A model generated the notes under the pieces. It searched no databases and was not told the origin of the DNA. It saw only the letters and a program-made list of their open reading frames with translations. A stretch of 64,000 nucleotides of DNA from the human T2T-CHM13v2.0 reference genome, Homo sapiens. The DNA is taken from the NCBI RefSeq assembly GCF_009914755.1, contig NC_060940.1. One strand, written 5' to 3'. The position numbers were made by a program, and so were the translations under genes. Every line of letters starts with the position of its first letter. Position 1 is the stretch's first letter. Positions 1 to 54,131 of the stretch are shown in pieces.

Positions 1-33
1 CCAGCACTTTGAGAGGCCAAGGCAGGCGGATCA

Positions 34-284
<251 letters not shown>

Positions 285-499
285 TTACTATAACCCAAAG
301 GACCTTCAGTGTAACACTGCTTGATTCATGGGACTACACATTAATTATCTGAAATAATCCTACACAAAATCTCCCAAATCTAACAGAGAAGCTGTCCTTT
401 TGGCTCATTATTGGTGTACATTCTGAATACCTATGCTACGCTAAAATAATGAGCATTGATTGAAACCACAGAAAAGATGTGTAGGTAACCCCAAATGGA

Positions 500-3731
<3,232 letters not shown>

Positions 3732-4531
3732 TTACTTTAGTCAACTTTCATTCAAGACTCAAAAATTTTAAATGTCCGGATCGCTAATAAACAGGGCTTT
3801 TTGGTAGTATGCTTTGGGATGTTGACTACCAACGGTCAGCAACATGTTATGAATATTCTGTAGAAGAAAGATGTCAGAGAAAAGAAAACAGGTACAGCAA
3901 GCTAAGGTATCCGAATGTGTATAAGACAAACAAATGTCCAATCTTGGAAAAGCTGACTGAACTATCATGACGGCTACAAAAGAGCTCAAAACCAACTTAT
4001 GTTCCGTATCTCTGAATTTTAGGGCCCGCCTCAATCAAAACCACCACTTATCTGAAGTCTGCTGGCTAGGTGTGCACAACATGAGCAAATGGAACCAGAA
4101 ACTCAACTCTGCTTTTCTGGATACCTGTAATCTCAGCCACTGCTGAAGAGGCTCACAGCATTGTTTCTCTCCGGATCTTTCCAACTTTCTATTCGACTTT
4201 AATCGCCCCACTTACTTGAGCAAGAGAAGTCCTCGTGAGCCAACCCTCTTCTTTTACAAGGCTCTGTAAACCTCTGTTTATCCCGGAATGAGGACAGCAG
4301 GGGCCTTCCCTACAGCGCCCCTGTGTTTACAAGCCTGCAGCTGGCAGTGAGACAGCATGAAACCTTGAGAGGGTTTCTATGGCCTTAAAGCTTCCCTGAT
4401 GCAAAGTTCAGCATCTAAGGTATAAGATGATTCCTTCTCCCAGGCCAACTGCTCAAATAAGAGAATGTCCTAGACTACAGGCAATTCAGCATCCAAGCAA
4501 GCTGTCTAGAACAACCAGCAGCATGACCTAG

Positions 4532-4936
<405 letters not shown>

Positions 4937-5442
4937 TAGAGTCCCCTAGCACATTTACACAAATGGCCAATATCTTTTTAAAACATATCAAATATTATTA
5001 AGAATAAGATTCAATTACACTTATGTAGCACTAAACAAAGACATCATTATTTTTACCCTCTAGATTCTTCTACTTAGGGAACAAAACACCTTCAGTCAAA
5101 TATCTGATTGTTTCTCCCCTTATTCCTTACTTTCTTTTTCGACTTCTTACTGGTTTTGAAAATAACTCTTGGTTTCCATGTAGCCATATAAGGACAACAT
5201 AGTGTAACCCTCCTATGCATTTTTCAAGCAAGGCTCCCTGAAAATTGATTTGAATATAATTTAGCAATTATGCCTCACCAAGTGCATTATAACAACAGTC
5301 TATCTTGATGAAGTTCTAACTTCTTAGAATGTTCTAGGTAAACATTCTAAAGGAGATGAAATGATTAATCTGCAATGATAATTAGATACTTCACCTGAAA
5401 TAGTATGTTCTGCAATCTTGCTAAAAAGTCTGGCTCACTTAC

Positions 5443-35665
<30,223 letters not shown>

Positions 35666-36196
35666 TCTGCAGAGTGGCCGGAACCTTGGCCCCACCCGGG
35701 CCCGCGCCCGCCTCAGCGGTTCTACTCGCCGAATTCCGCGGCGACTGCGGCAGTAGCTGAGGCAGCCGCAGCGGTGACGCCGGCCGCGACTTCCGGAAAC
35801 AGCGCGCGCCTGCTGCGCTTGCGTCAGCGCCTGCGCGGCGGCGGGGGCGGGGCCAAGGCTGGGCTCCTTTCCCTCCTTATAGGGACAGGGGAGGGGCGTG
35901 GCTATCGAAGTCCCCAAGGCGTGGCCTAATTTGTGCGGGCTTTCACTTCAGTAGAAAAAATGTGCATGTCTCGACATCCAGTCGACCAGGAAATACTGAC
36001 TGGGTTTCTGTGATATGCTAGCCACTCTTACAGGGGTGGAGATACAGTGATGAACAGGAAGACGTGCTCCCTGCCCCATTGTAGCTTAAACTTGGGGTAA
36101 GGGGAAATTCAGGCAGGAGTGAAACTTGCCATTTGGTAACACATGAAAATCGCTATTAAGAAAAAGAGCGGGGCGATGTAATAGAGAATAATGGGA

Positions 36197-38038
<1,842 letters not shown>

Positions 38039-38149
38039 ATTTTAATAGAAATAAAAGTCATTTAATTCCGATTCTTAACACCGTAAATTGAACGTATAGT
38101 CCTGTGATTTTCTACATAAAATGTGAAGGCAAAAAATAACTGTAGAGAG

Positions 38150-39790
<1,641 letters not shown>

Positions 39791-40474
39791 TGATGGGGTT
39801 GTTTTGTTTGTTCTTGTCGCTGCTGTTTTCTCAACATCCAGCCTGGGTGTATCCTGACAGGTGTGCTCTGCATTTCCCTATATCCATAAACTTGATGGAG
39901 ACATTGTATTTCTCCAGGGCAGTTCTTTTTGTTTGCTTTTTGGTTCCAGCGTTTGGCAGTGCCACTAAGTAGGTAGCCATCACTCAATAAATGCTGCTAT
40001 TGATAATTCTGTTAATAATGCCGATCAGCCCCACACAGCAAACTTTGAGTACCTGTAGATAGTTTGTCATCTAAACCTCACAGCAGGGCGGGGCTCCGCA
40101 GCTCACGCCTGTAATCCCAGCAGTTTGGGAGGCAGAAGTGGGAGTATCCCTTGAGCCCAGGAGACCAGACCAACCTAGGCAACATAGGGAGACGCTGTCT
40201 CTTAAAAAAATTTTTTTAAAGTAAACCTCCCAACAGCCCTTCGAAGTTGACATGATTATCCTAGACGGATCAGTGGGAAATAGGAAGTTTAGGAAGAATA
40301 AATCGTGACGCGATTTGGAACCCAGATCAGTGTCACTCCTAAGACCATACTGTTTCAACTCTACCAGCCTAAGGAAATTATAATCCAGGAGATGAGAAAA
40401 CGTACACAAATAAAAGTTATGCTAATGCACAGAGACAAGAAAGATTAATTTGGGTGTTGAGGAGTTAGTCATTA

Positions 40475-40949
<475 letters not shown>

Positions 40950-41686
40950 TTATAGCTATCTGAGTTACTGACTTGGTAACTAACCATAGTTTTTGATAGC
41001 TGAGTTACTGAACATCTACAGAGTATAGTACAGGATAGGTCCTTGCATATATGCCACGAGAAATGAAAGAGGGCAGGCTCCAGCGAGAGCCAGGATAGCC
41101 TTCTCAGCCCGCCTTCGTCTTACCCTACACCACCTAGGGCAATAAATCACAGGGCTTTAAGGTCTAGGCAGCAAGTCAGCATCTAGAGGAGCTAGTCACC
41201 TTTGCTCCACTGGTTTCTGACCCTGTCCAGAAAAAAAATCTAGTTGGAGTTTGAAAACTCAATGTTTTATACAGTAAGTGACTGGAAATGCTTCTCTCTC
41301 TTTTTTTTTTTTTAAGATGGAGTCCCACACCCAGCTAATTTTAATATTTTTAGTAGATACGGGGTTTCACCATATTGGCCAGGCTGGTCTCGAACTCCTG
41401 ACCTCTTGATCCACCCGCCTCGGCCTCCCAAAGTGGTGGGATTACAGGCATGAGCCACTGCCCCGGCCTAATGCTTCTCTTATGTTAATGGGAGAGCCGG
41501 CTTTTGTCTGTTCTGTTTGCGGTTCCTGAACCTTGCCTTGCTTACATTTGAGCACGTTTTAATTTTGTAGTCACTATAAATGGGTGTGCACTCTAGATAT
41601 TTAATAATTTCTGTAGTATTCTGCTGGTAGTTATAGTGATGTCTCCAGGAATGGACCTGGAGTGTCAGAAATAGGGGTTTCCCCCA

Positions 41687-42646
41687 TGAAGGGGTGGGTT
41701 GCCCCTCCACACCTGTGGGTGTTTCTCGTTAGGTGGAACGAGAGACTTGGAAAAGAAAAAGACACAAAGTATAGAGAAAGAAATAAGGAGGCCCAGGAGA
41801 CCAGCGTTCAGCATATGGAGGATCCCGCCAGCCTCTGAGTTTCCTTAGTATTTATTGATCATTCTTGGGTGTTTCTCAGAGAGGGGGATGTGGCAGGGTC
41901 AGGATAATAGTGGAGAGAAGGTCAGCAGATAAACATGTGAACAAAGGTCTCTGCATCATAGACAAGGTAAAGAATTAAATGCTGTGCTTTAGATATGCAT
42001 ACACATAAACATCTCAATGCCTTACAGAGCGGTATTGTTGCCTGCATGTCCCACCTCCAGCCCTAAGGCGGTTTTCCCCTATCTCAGTAGATGGAACATA
42101 CAATCGGGTTTTATACCAAGACATTCCATTGCCCAGGGACGGGCAGGAGACAGATGCCTTCCTCTTGGCTCAACTGCAAAGAGGCATGCCTTCCTCTTAT
42201 GCTAATCCTCCTCAGCACAGACCCTTTACGGGTGTCGGGCTGGGGGACGGTCAGGTCTTTCCCTTCCCAAGAGGCCATATTTCAGACTATCACATGGGGA
42301 GAAACCTTAGACAATACCTGGCTTTCCTAGGCAGAGGTCCCTGCGGGCTTCCGCAGTGTTTGCGTCCCTGGGTACTTGAGATTAGGGAGTGGTGATGACT
42401 CTTAAGGAGTATGCTGCCTTCAAGCATCTGTTTAACAAAGCACATCTTGTACCGCCCGTAATCCATTTAACCCTGAGTTGACACAGCACGTGTTTCAGAG
42501 AGCACGGGGTTGGGGGTAAGGTTATAGATTAACAGCATCTCAAGGCAGAAGAATTTTTCTTAGTACAGAACAAAATGGAGTCTCCTATGTCTATCTCTTT
42601 CTATACAGACACAGTAACAATCTGATCTCTCTTTCTTTTCCCCCCA
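41687..42646 (-). mobile_element. HERV-K (HML-2) solo LTR, LTR5 family (older LTR5_Hs/LTR5B-like), 960 bp
   Basis: Reverse complement begins TG-GGGGAAAAGAAAGAGAGATCAGATTGTTACTGTGTCTG and ends GGGGCAACCCACCCCTTCA; 6-bp TSD CCCCCA at 41681-41686 and 42647-42652; TATAAAA at 42115-42109; AATAAA at 41856-41851. Confidence 0.95.
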
Positions 42647-43074
42647 CCCCCACCCATTCCTACCCCTATTTCTATTGTAAATGTCTCTGCATAGTCACCC
42701 TAACAGCTACCAGCTAGAGTTCATGTTCCAAAATGCTGTGTGGTCAAATGCTAGTTTGTTTTTCTCAGCTGTGCAGTAGCATCTCTATGATGTGGCCTAG
42801 ATGATAAAGGAGTAAATCAGTCCTTTGAACTAATAACCGTTATTGATTACTTTATCAGGATAATGGCGTATTAGGAAGACAGGCTTTAAGTCAGACCATG
42901 ATTTTTTTTTTTCTTTTGGTGTTTCCGCCTGGTTTCCAACCAGGGACCAGACCATGATTTAAAACATGGCTCTGCCCTTTACTAGTTAGAACTCCATTTT
43001 CTCATCTGTAAAATGAACATGGTAGTAATGCTTATTCCATATGATTGTTATGTCCTTAATATTATAAGGCCTCA

Positions 43075-43539
<465 letters not shown>

Positions 43540-44163
43540 CTATTGTCAGTTAATATATAACGAGAGAATTTAGCCTAACCAGAGGCCCATGGAAGCCAAA
43601 ATCTTTCTATTCTTACACTGAACCTTCTTGCTGAGAAACAATTGAGGTCAGCTGGGCTCATGCCATAATCCCAGCCCTTTGGGAAGCTGAGACCAGATGA
43701 TTGCTTGAGCCCAGGAACTCGAGACCATCATGGACAACTTAACAAGACCCTGTCTATACAAAAAAAATTTTAATTAGCTGGGTGTGGTGGCACATGCCTA
43801 TGGTCCCAGCTACTTGGGAGGCTGAGGTGGGAGGATCACTGGAGCCCGAAAGTTCAAGCCCACAGTGATCCATGATTGCACCACTGCCCTCCAGGCCTGG
43901 GCAACAGAGTGAGACCCTGTCTCTAAAAAAGAAGAAATGATTGAAATCATATTTTTCAGGCTGGACTTCCAATAAAGTAGCCCTTAAAAGGATCATTCTT
44001 AAAATATTAGCCATATACAATGGTCATAATAAATGTATGTTGAGTGAAGGGGTGCAACCATGATCATATACTGCTGAACCAAGTGGTTTAAAAATTACGA
44101 TTTCTTTATTTTCCCTGTGATTCTGGATAAAGATTACAATTTCTAAAGAGTTAACAATCATTA

Positions 44164-44481
<318 letters not shown>

Positions 44482-47424
44482 TCAAAAAGAAAAAAAAAAA
44501 AAGAAAAATTCTTAAACTCAGAATTAATGATTTCTCTTTAATAAACGCAGTAAGAATGATTGTATTAATTGACTTTCCTAAGTGTTAATTGGACAGCTAA
44601 AGAAGCAAACAGGGTGCCACTGCCTCCTGGAGAATAGCCCTCTGGATAGATCCATAGATGATCATTCAAATTCACCAACTCAGAAAAACAAGTTCCTTTG
44701 TAGAGACCGGGTTTCACCATGTTGCCCAGGCTGGCAGGCTGGTAGGCTGGTCTCCAACTCCTGGAATCAAGCAGTCCACCCGCCTCAGCCTCCCAAAGTC
44801 CAGGGAAGAATAGCCACGTTCATCCCAGCACCCCAGAACTAAGAAATAAGTTCTTTTTTTTTTTTCAGACAGAGTCTCGCTGTGTCACCCAGGCTGGAGT
44901 GCAGTGGTGCAATCTTGTATCACTGCATCCTCCACGTCCTGGGTGCAAATGATTATCCTGCCTCAACCTCCTGAGTAGCTGGGATTACAGTCGTGCACCA
45001 CCATGCCCGGCTAATTTTTGTATTTTTGGTAGAGATGGAGTTTCACCACGTTGACCAGGCTTGTCTCGAATTCCTAACCTCAGGTGATCCGCCCACCTCC
45101 ATTTTGGTAGACAGAGCCTCCTAAAGTGCTAGGATTACAGGCGTGAGCCACCACGCCAGGCCAGAAACAAGTTCTTTAGTTACATGCATCATTGGGAGAT
45201 TGTGTGTGTTCCCAGTCTTTCCTTTTCTTTTAGGGATTTAAAGATAATTATACTTTGTCAGTTAGGCATGTCTTCAGGAAAACATAGAGAAGGTCATGTT
45301 GATTATATATCTTGGAATTGTCCAGATCCTCAGAGATTATGATATTGGTTTCCTGTCAGTTGTGCCAACAATGATAAGTAACGACCTGACGTGAAATCAA
45401 GAGAGAGGAAAGCTCTGGTCAGGCACAGTGACTCAAACCTGTAACCCCAGCATTTTGGGAGGTCGCGGTAGGCAGATTGCTTGAGTTTAGGAGTTCGAGA
45501 TCAGCCTGGGCAACATGGCAAAATCCCATCTCTGCAGAAAATTAGCCAGGTGTGGTGGCACACACCTGTAGTCCAGGCTACATAGGAGGCTGAGGCAGGA
45601 GGATCACCTGAGCCTGGGGAGGTCGAGGCTACAGTGAGCCATGATCTCACCACTGCATTCCAGCCTGGGCAACAGAGTGAGACCTAGCTCCAAAAAAAAA
45701 AAAAAGAAGAAGAGAGAGAGAGAGGAAAGCTCGAAGCTGACAGAACTCCAAAAGCTAACTAGCCTAAAGCCAAGCTGCCTAGAAACAACCATATATACCC
45801 ATTAGTACACTTGGAAGAAGGCATCACATTATGGGACAGGGGATGAAAGCTCGGGGGTCAGGCAGGTAACAGAACTGAAATGGACAGGTGGGAGAGGAGT
45901 GTAGCAAGCTGACGCTGGCACGGCTGCTGAGTTCCTCTGCTCGAGCTGATCTTGTCATGCGTGATGCGATTCCAGTATTGCCAGATCTCTGGGTTTTTGT
46001 TTTTGTTTTTTTTCAAGAGAAGCCAGGAATCTAGATTTTTATGTCATATCAGATTTTTTTTTGTAAATGCTGGCACCTCATTTAACTTAGAAAAGGGAGA
46101 AAAAACACCAGGTGAAGGAAAGCCTCCCTACAGGCCAGGTGTTGCCCTGGTAGGGCGGTGGCTACTGGTGGTGAGACTGTTCCAGGACACGGAAGATGGA
46201 TGATGATGTTAATAATGATGCGTCACCGTGGTGAGGCTCACCTGCTTCCTTATAACCACTGCAAGAGGCAGAAGTGTGTCGCACATTAACACCCTCTTAT
46301 CCCAGTAGATCAGCAGTAGCTCTTAACCGCCTCTGGGAGTTGGCCCCTTCTGAGAGCCTAATAAACCCTATAGACTGCCTTCTAGAAACATGGACGTACC
46401 ATACACAAACGCAAGCGTGGCACAGAATTCAGACTTCCCGAGGCATCTCTCCAGATACCAGTTGTAGACCCAACTTTTTATTCAGAAACCTTAGCTCTTC
46501 AGAGTGACTCAGTGCCTATGGGAACTCCTGAGGTTTTGCTGTCCTCTTCAGTTCTAAGGTGTTCAGTCTATGGTTTTAAACTTGTTTGTTTGCTGTTTTG
46601 TAGATTTTTCCAAACCCAGTCATTCTTCCCATTCGTTTTTGAACTAAGTAATTATTGCTTCTCGCCCTTTTGGCTAAGATCAACTAAACTGGGTAAATAA
46701 CAGTTATGATTTCCTAAACACAAGTGTATCCATATGAATGGAGCACCAGGGGTAGGAATAGAATGATTCTCCTCCCCGCAATCCTGCCCCTACCCCCTTG
46801 TCTTTGGAGCCTTCAAGATGGAGAAAACAGTGAAGAGAAGAGTAGCTGAGAGCTGCTTCTAACGCCTGCAGCCTGCTGCTGACAGCTAGCCATATGTGCA
46901 GAGAACAACTGTAAACATCCTTAGGAGGTGGAGGCCTTCTCAAAGAGGCCTTTAATTATTAATTAGTTAATAATTAATAACCAGCATTATTGCTGGTGCA
47001 GGAGGGTGTGAACCCAGGAGGCGGAGCTTGCAGTGAGTGGAGATCGCGCCCCTGCACTCCAGCCTGGGCGACAGAGTGAGACTCCATCTCAAAAAAAAAA
47101 AAAAAAGTATACTATAGAGGCCGGACATGGTGGCTCACGCCTGTAATCCCAGCACTTTGGGAGGCTGACGCAGGCAGATTGCCCGAGGTCAGGAGTTCAA
47201 GACCAACCTGACCAACATGGTGAAACCCCCATCTCGACTAAAAATACAAAATTAGCAGATGTGGTGGTGCCTGCCTGTAATCCCAGCTACTTAGGAGGCT
47301 GAGGCAGGAGAATCGCTTGAACCCCAGGAGGTGGAGATTGCAGTGAGCTCAGGTTGTGCTATTGCACTCCAGCCTGGGCAAAAAGAGCAAAACTCTATCA
47401 CTAAAATAAAATAAAAATCAAGTG

Positions 47425-47990
47425 AATTGTTACCATTTATGGTAGACTTACCATGTGCCAGGCTCTGTACTAGGCACTTGACTCGAATTCTCTTCTTTAA
47501 TGCTGCAAAACTCCCACTATGGTTAAGTGCTGTCATTGTCCCTCATCTATATGGTGAGCAAGCTGAGCCTCACCGCTGGTAAATGGCAGAGGTGGGGTGA
47601 GAACCCAGGCAGCCCAGCCATGGGACCTGTGTTCCTAACCACTGTGCCTCCAGAGCATGAAGCGTGAGCCCTTCCCTGCATGGCCAGTGTGGGCGGCGGA
47701 GAGCAATTTTCAGTCTTTTCCTTCACAATAGCAAGATTGAGAAACTCACCAGAAATAGTATGAATAATCATTTCTATAGCGCGTATTTACACCATACAAA
47801 TTTTGAGCCACTTTCCTTCACTGTCTCTAATCCTCACAAGAAATCTTGATGGTTTGTGTACTGTGACCACCATTTCACAGTTGAGGAAACTTGATCAGAG
47901 AGCTTGAGTAACTTCTGCAGAGTCACAGAGCTAGTGACTTGGGGGAGTTAAGAGTCCAACTCCAAGATCTGTGTCATACTACTTCTCAAT
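47425..47990 (-). mobile_element. MIR cluster
   Basis: cattttcacagttgaggaaact...gtcacagagctagt MIR core; cttaccatgtgccaggc. Confidence 0.6.
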
Positions 47991-48568
47991 TTAAAAAAAT
48001 TTTTAAAAATGTCTCCTAAAACCCAGATGAAAACAAGAAGAGAATGGTCCTTTGTCATTTGCTTACCTTTTGTCATTTGCTTATTAGTAATATTAGCATT
48101 TCTGTGGCACCAAGCTGGCTGGATCCAGAGGGCATGAGATGCATTTTTTGGGTTGATTTGGAGGGAAAGGGTATATTGAGCCATGGCAGATTTGGCCTGG
48201 CACAGCTAGAAAATGAGGCTTCACTCACTTCTTGGAATTGCTCGCATTAGAGCCTCTGAAGTCAAATGTTTATAAAATAATGATTGCCTAATGAGAAGGC
48301 AGATTTGTGTGCACAACAAGTGTTATTTACAGGAAGCATATCTGTTGTTACCAACCCCAGACATTTTACTAGGCCAAGAAGCTGGTTTATTTAAAGTCAT
48401 AGACCTGGAAAGGTCTTTGGGAATTTAATTGAGGCCAGGCATAGTAGCTCACACCTGTAATCCCAGCACTTTGATAGGCCAAGACTGGCAGATCACTCGA
48501 GTTCAGGAGTTCGAGACCAGCCTGGCCAACATGGTGAAAACCCACCTCTACTAAAAATACAAAAATTA

Positions 48569-48886
<318 letters not shown>

Positions 48887-49481
48887 TCAGGGAAATTTCA
48901 TTTTCTAAGGAAGTTAGTGAAGGAGAATGATCCAGAAATCTCTGCCCACATCCTTCGAGTCTATGGAACCTTCCACTACACATATTATTTTGCTTTACTA
49001 CATTTGAAAAGTATAACAAATAGGCCAGAAAGAAATTGAATGCTGATTATGTGGTTTATGGTATGTGGATTTTAATAAATCAAATTTGTCACTTTAAAAA
49101 ATTAGAGCTCCAGCCTGGGCAATATGGCGAAACTGCATCTCTACTAAAAATACAAAAAATTACCCGGGCATAGTAGTGCACACCTGTAGTCCCAGCTACT
49201 CAGGAGGGTGAGGTGGAGGATCACCTACCTGAGCCTGGGAAGTTGAGGCGGCAGTGAGCTGTGATTGCGCCACTGGACTCCAGCCTTGTTGAGAATGAAT
49301 TAATTAATTAATTAAAATTAGAGCTTTAGTATTACAACTCCTTTACAATTTGTCTAGAAGGTTTTCTGGTCTTTATCAGAAAGCCTCCCCCACCCCCACC
49401 AAAAAAAAAAAAAAATCAGGCTGGGCACAGTGGCTCATGCCTGTAATCTCAGCACTTTGGGAGGCCAAGGCAGGCAGATCA

Positions 49482-49727
<246 letters not shown>

Positions 49728-49812
49728 TCAATAGAATGTCAATACTTTTATATTAACTGCTCTTCAAACAACTACTATTTGCCTTATTTTTGTCTCTGTT
49801 TTTTTTTTCTAG

Positions 49813-49885
49813 ATTAATGATGTTTTGCAGCAGTTTTCTACGTCTGAAATTTTTTATGTCTCTGGAACCCAGAATTTGCTAAGAG
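49813..49885 (+). other. BFAR: BFAR exon 2, 5' UTR part (73 nt)
   Basis: Long polypyrimidine tract ttttttttctag| ending at 49812, ahead of the ATG at 49886. Confidence 0.88.
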
Positions 49886-50148
49886 ATGGAGGAACCTCAG
49901 AAAAGCTATGTGAACACAATGGACCTTGAGAGAGATGAACCTCTCAAAAGCACCGGCCCTCAGATTTCTGTTAGTGAATTTTCTTGCCACTGCTGCTACG
50001 ACATCCTGGTTAACCCCACCACCTTGAACTGTGGGCACAGCTTCTGCCGTCACTGCCTTGCTTTATGGTGGGCATCTTCAAAGAAAACAGAATGTCCAGA
50101 ATGCAGAGAAAAATGGGAAGGTTTCCCCAAAGTCAGTATTCTCCTCAG
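49886..50148 (+). CDS. BFAR: BFAR exon 2 coding part (263 nt), C3HC4 RING finger
   Basis: gagATGG start; C34-x2-C37-x11-C49-x-H51-x2-C54-x2-C57-x12-C70-x2-C73; donor CAG|GTAATG. Confidence 0.97.
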
Positions 50149-50172
50149 GTAATGTTCAGCCTATATTGGTAG

Positions 50173-50481
<309 letters not shown>

Positions 50482-51366
50482 TGACCATGACTTTTTAAAT
50501 TATTTATTATGAATGAAGGAAAGAAAGAAAGTCTGGTTAGCAGACCGTTGCTGGTAATCCTGTCATATAAAGGCCAGACCAGTGGCTCACGCCTGTAATC
50601 CCAACACTTTCAGAGGCTGAGGTAGGAACATTGCTTGACACCAGGAATTTAGAAGCATCCTGGGCAACACGGTGAGTCCTTATCTCTATAGAAAGTTTTA
50701 AAAATTAGCCAGGTGTGGTGGTACATGCCTATAGTCCCAGCTATGCCAGTGGCTGAGGTGGGAGGATTGCTTGAGCCTGGGAGGTCGAGGCTGCAATGAG
50801 CTCACACCACTACACTCCAGCCTGGGCAACAGAGCAAGACCCTGTCTCAAAAAAAAAGAAAGAAAGAAAGAAAGAAAGCAAATGGTATAACTGTATAATT
50901 GTGAATAACTGGTTTGTTGCTGATTTTAATAATCTTTAGATAACCCCAGTTCCAGTTATCACATTAATAGAGTTTCTCATGTGTAGCATCACAGTGCCAA
51001 AGCCACCTTTCAGATAGCTTGTTATTTTCTGCTTCTTTGGCTCATAATGTACCTGTGAAGGCTCTGAGGCTTAAATCCTCTTCCCCTCTTCTATTGTCTA
51101 ACAATGTGTGTGCCCTTCTTGATTTCAACAGAGTACTAGAAAGTTCCATGAACCCAACCTTTTCTTTTTCACAAAAGATGTGTTTACACTTTGCTCTTAC
51201 CTGTCAGTCTTGATTTAGCTGAAGGTTAAATTTAATCTTAAATTAAAGGAGGGTTCTTTGTGTATAACTGAACATTTAAAAAGAGCCCTACAATTTAAGC
51301 TGACAGTTGGTCTTATTACTGAATTTTGCTTTTTTCCCTTCTTATAAACTGATTTTAATAACATAA

Positions 51367-51606
<240 letters not shown>

Positions 51607-51655
51607 TGAGACGGAGTTTCACTCTTGTTTCCTAGGCTGGAGTGCAATGGCGTGA

Positions 51656-51889
<234 letters not shown>

Positions 51890-52056
51890 TGAATGTTTGT
51901 ATTTTCAGTAGAGACGGGGTTTCACAGTTTTGGCCAGGCTGGTCTCGAACTCCTGACCTTTAGTGATCCGCCCGTCTTGGCCTCCCAAAGTGCTGGGATT
52001 ACAGGCGTGAGCCACTGTGCCTGGCCAAATGCCCAGCTAAAATTTTTTTTTTTTAA

Positions 52057-52218
<162 letters not shown>

Positions 52219-52585
52219 TAGAGACAGAGTTTCTCCATGTTGGTCAGGCTGGTCTCATACTCCCGACCTCAGGTGATCCGCCCGCCTCAGCCTCCCAAAG
52301 TGCTGGGATTACAGGCATGAGCCCCCGCGCCCAGCCTCTTTTTAAAATATTGGAAAATTACTGATAAAACTAAAGATCCTTTTGACCCCTTATTTTCCCA
52401 TCTTAGAATCCTTTCCTTTTTCCTTAGAATAATTTCAGTTATGACTTAGTTGTGCTTTTGTTCAGATTTTTTTAAATACTTTTTTTTAACTTTTTAGTAG
52501 CGATCAGGTCTCACTATGTTGCCCAGGCTGGTCTCCAACTGCTGAGCTCAAGTGAACCTCCTGCCTCAGCATCCCACAGTGCTGA

Positions 52586-53071
<486 letters not shown>

Positions 53072-53926
53072 TAGCCTGGTGTAATGGCGCATGCCCATAA
53101 TCCCAGCTACTCAGGAGGCTGAGACATGAGAATCACTTGAAGGACACGGAGGTTGCGGTAAGCTGAGATCATGACATTACACTCCAGCCTGGGTGACAGA
53201 GCAAGACTCTTGTCTCAAAAAAAAAAAAAAACAAGTGCCAATAGAAAATGCAAGTATTTTCTCACATCATTGATGTGCTCTCTGCATGGTTCTGCAGTTT
53301 ACTATTTTAAATCAATTATGTACGTCTTAAATTTCTCCACCTTGACACATTTAGTGATCCAGCAAATGCATTTAAAATTGTGATACTTCATTGTATGAAT
53401 ATACCATATTTCATTTAGCCTTTTACCTAGTAGTAAATGTATATCATCAGGTTGGTGCACAAGTAATTGCAGTTTTTACCATTGAAAGTAATGGTAGGCT
53501 GGGTGCAGTGGCTCATGCCTCTAATCTTAGCACTTTGGGAGGCCCCGGTGGGCAGATTGCCTGAGCTCAGGAGTTCAATACCAGCCTGGGCAACATAGTG
53601 AAACCCTATCTCTACTAAAAATACAAAAAAAAAGTTATCCGGGTATGGTGGTGTGCACCGGTGAGCCAAGATCACGCCATTGCACTCCAGCCTGGGCGAC
53701 AGAGTAAGACTCCGTCTCAAAAAAACAAAAGGAGAAAGTAATGGTAAACAACCTAATAGATTATTTCAGATTTTTTGCTTTTACCCACAGGACTATAATA
53801 CATTTCTTGTCAGTTCTCCTAGGGTAGCTATATATTATTAGATGTTGACTATCAGGGCTTTTTTGGCCTCTAAACATGATATTTAGTCAAACAACTGTCT
53901 TAATTTTTTTTTTCTATTCTCCATAG

Positions 53927-54131
53927 GGATGCCATTGAAAAGTTATTTCCTGATGCCATTAGACTGAGATTTGAAGACATTCAGCAGAATAATGACATAG
54001 TCCAAAGTCTTGCAGCCTTTCAGAAATATGGGAATGATCAGATTCCTTTAGCTCCTAACACAGGCCGAGCGAATCAGCAGAGGGGAGGGGGATTCTTTTC
54101 CGGTGTGCTCACAGCTTTAACTGGAGTGGCA
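53927..54131 (+). CDS. BFAR: BFAR exon 3 (205 nt), start of first transmembrane helix
   Basis: catag| acceptor, GCA|GTAAGT donor; DAIEKLFPDAIRLRFEDIQQNNDIVQSLAAFQKYGNDQIPLAPNTGRANQQRGGGFFSGVLTALTGVA. Confidence 0.96.
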
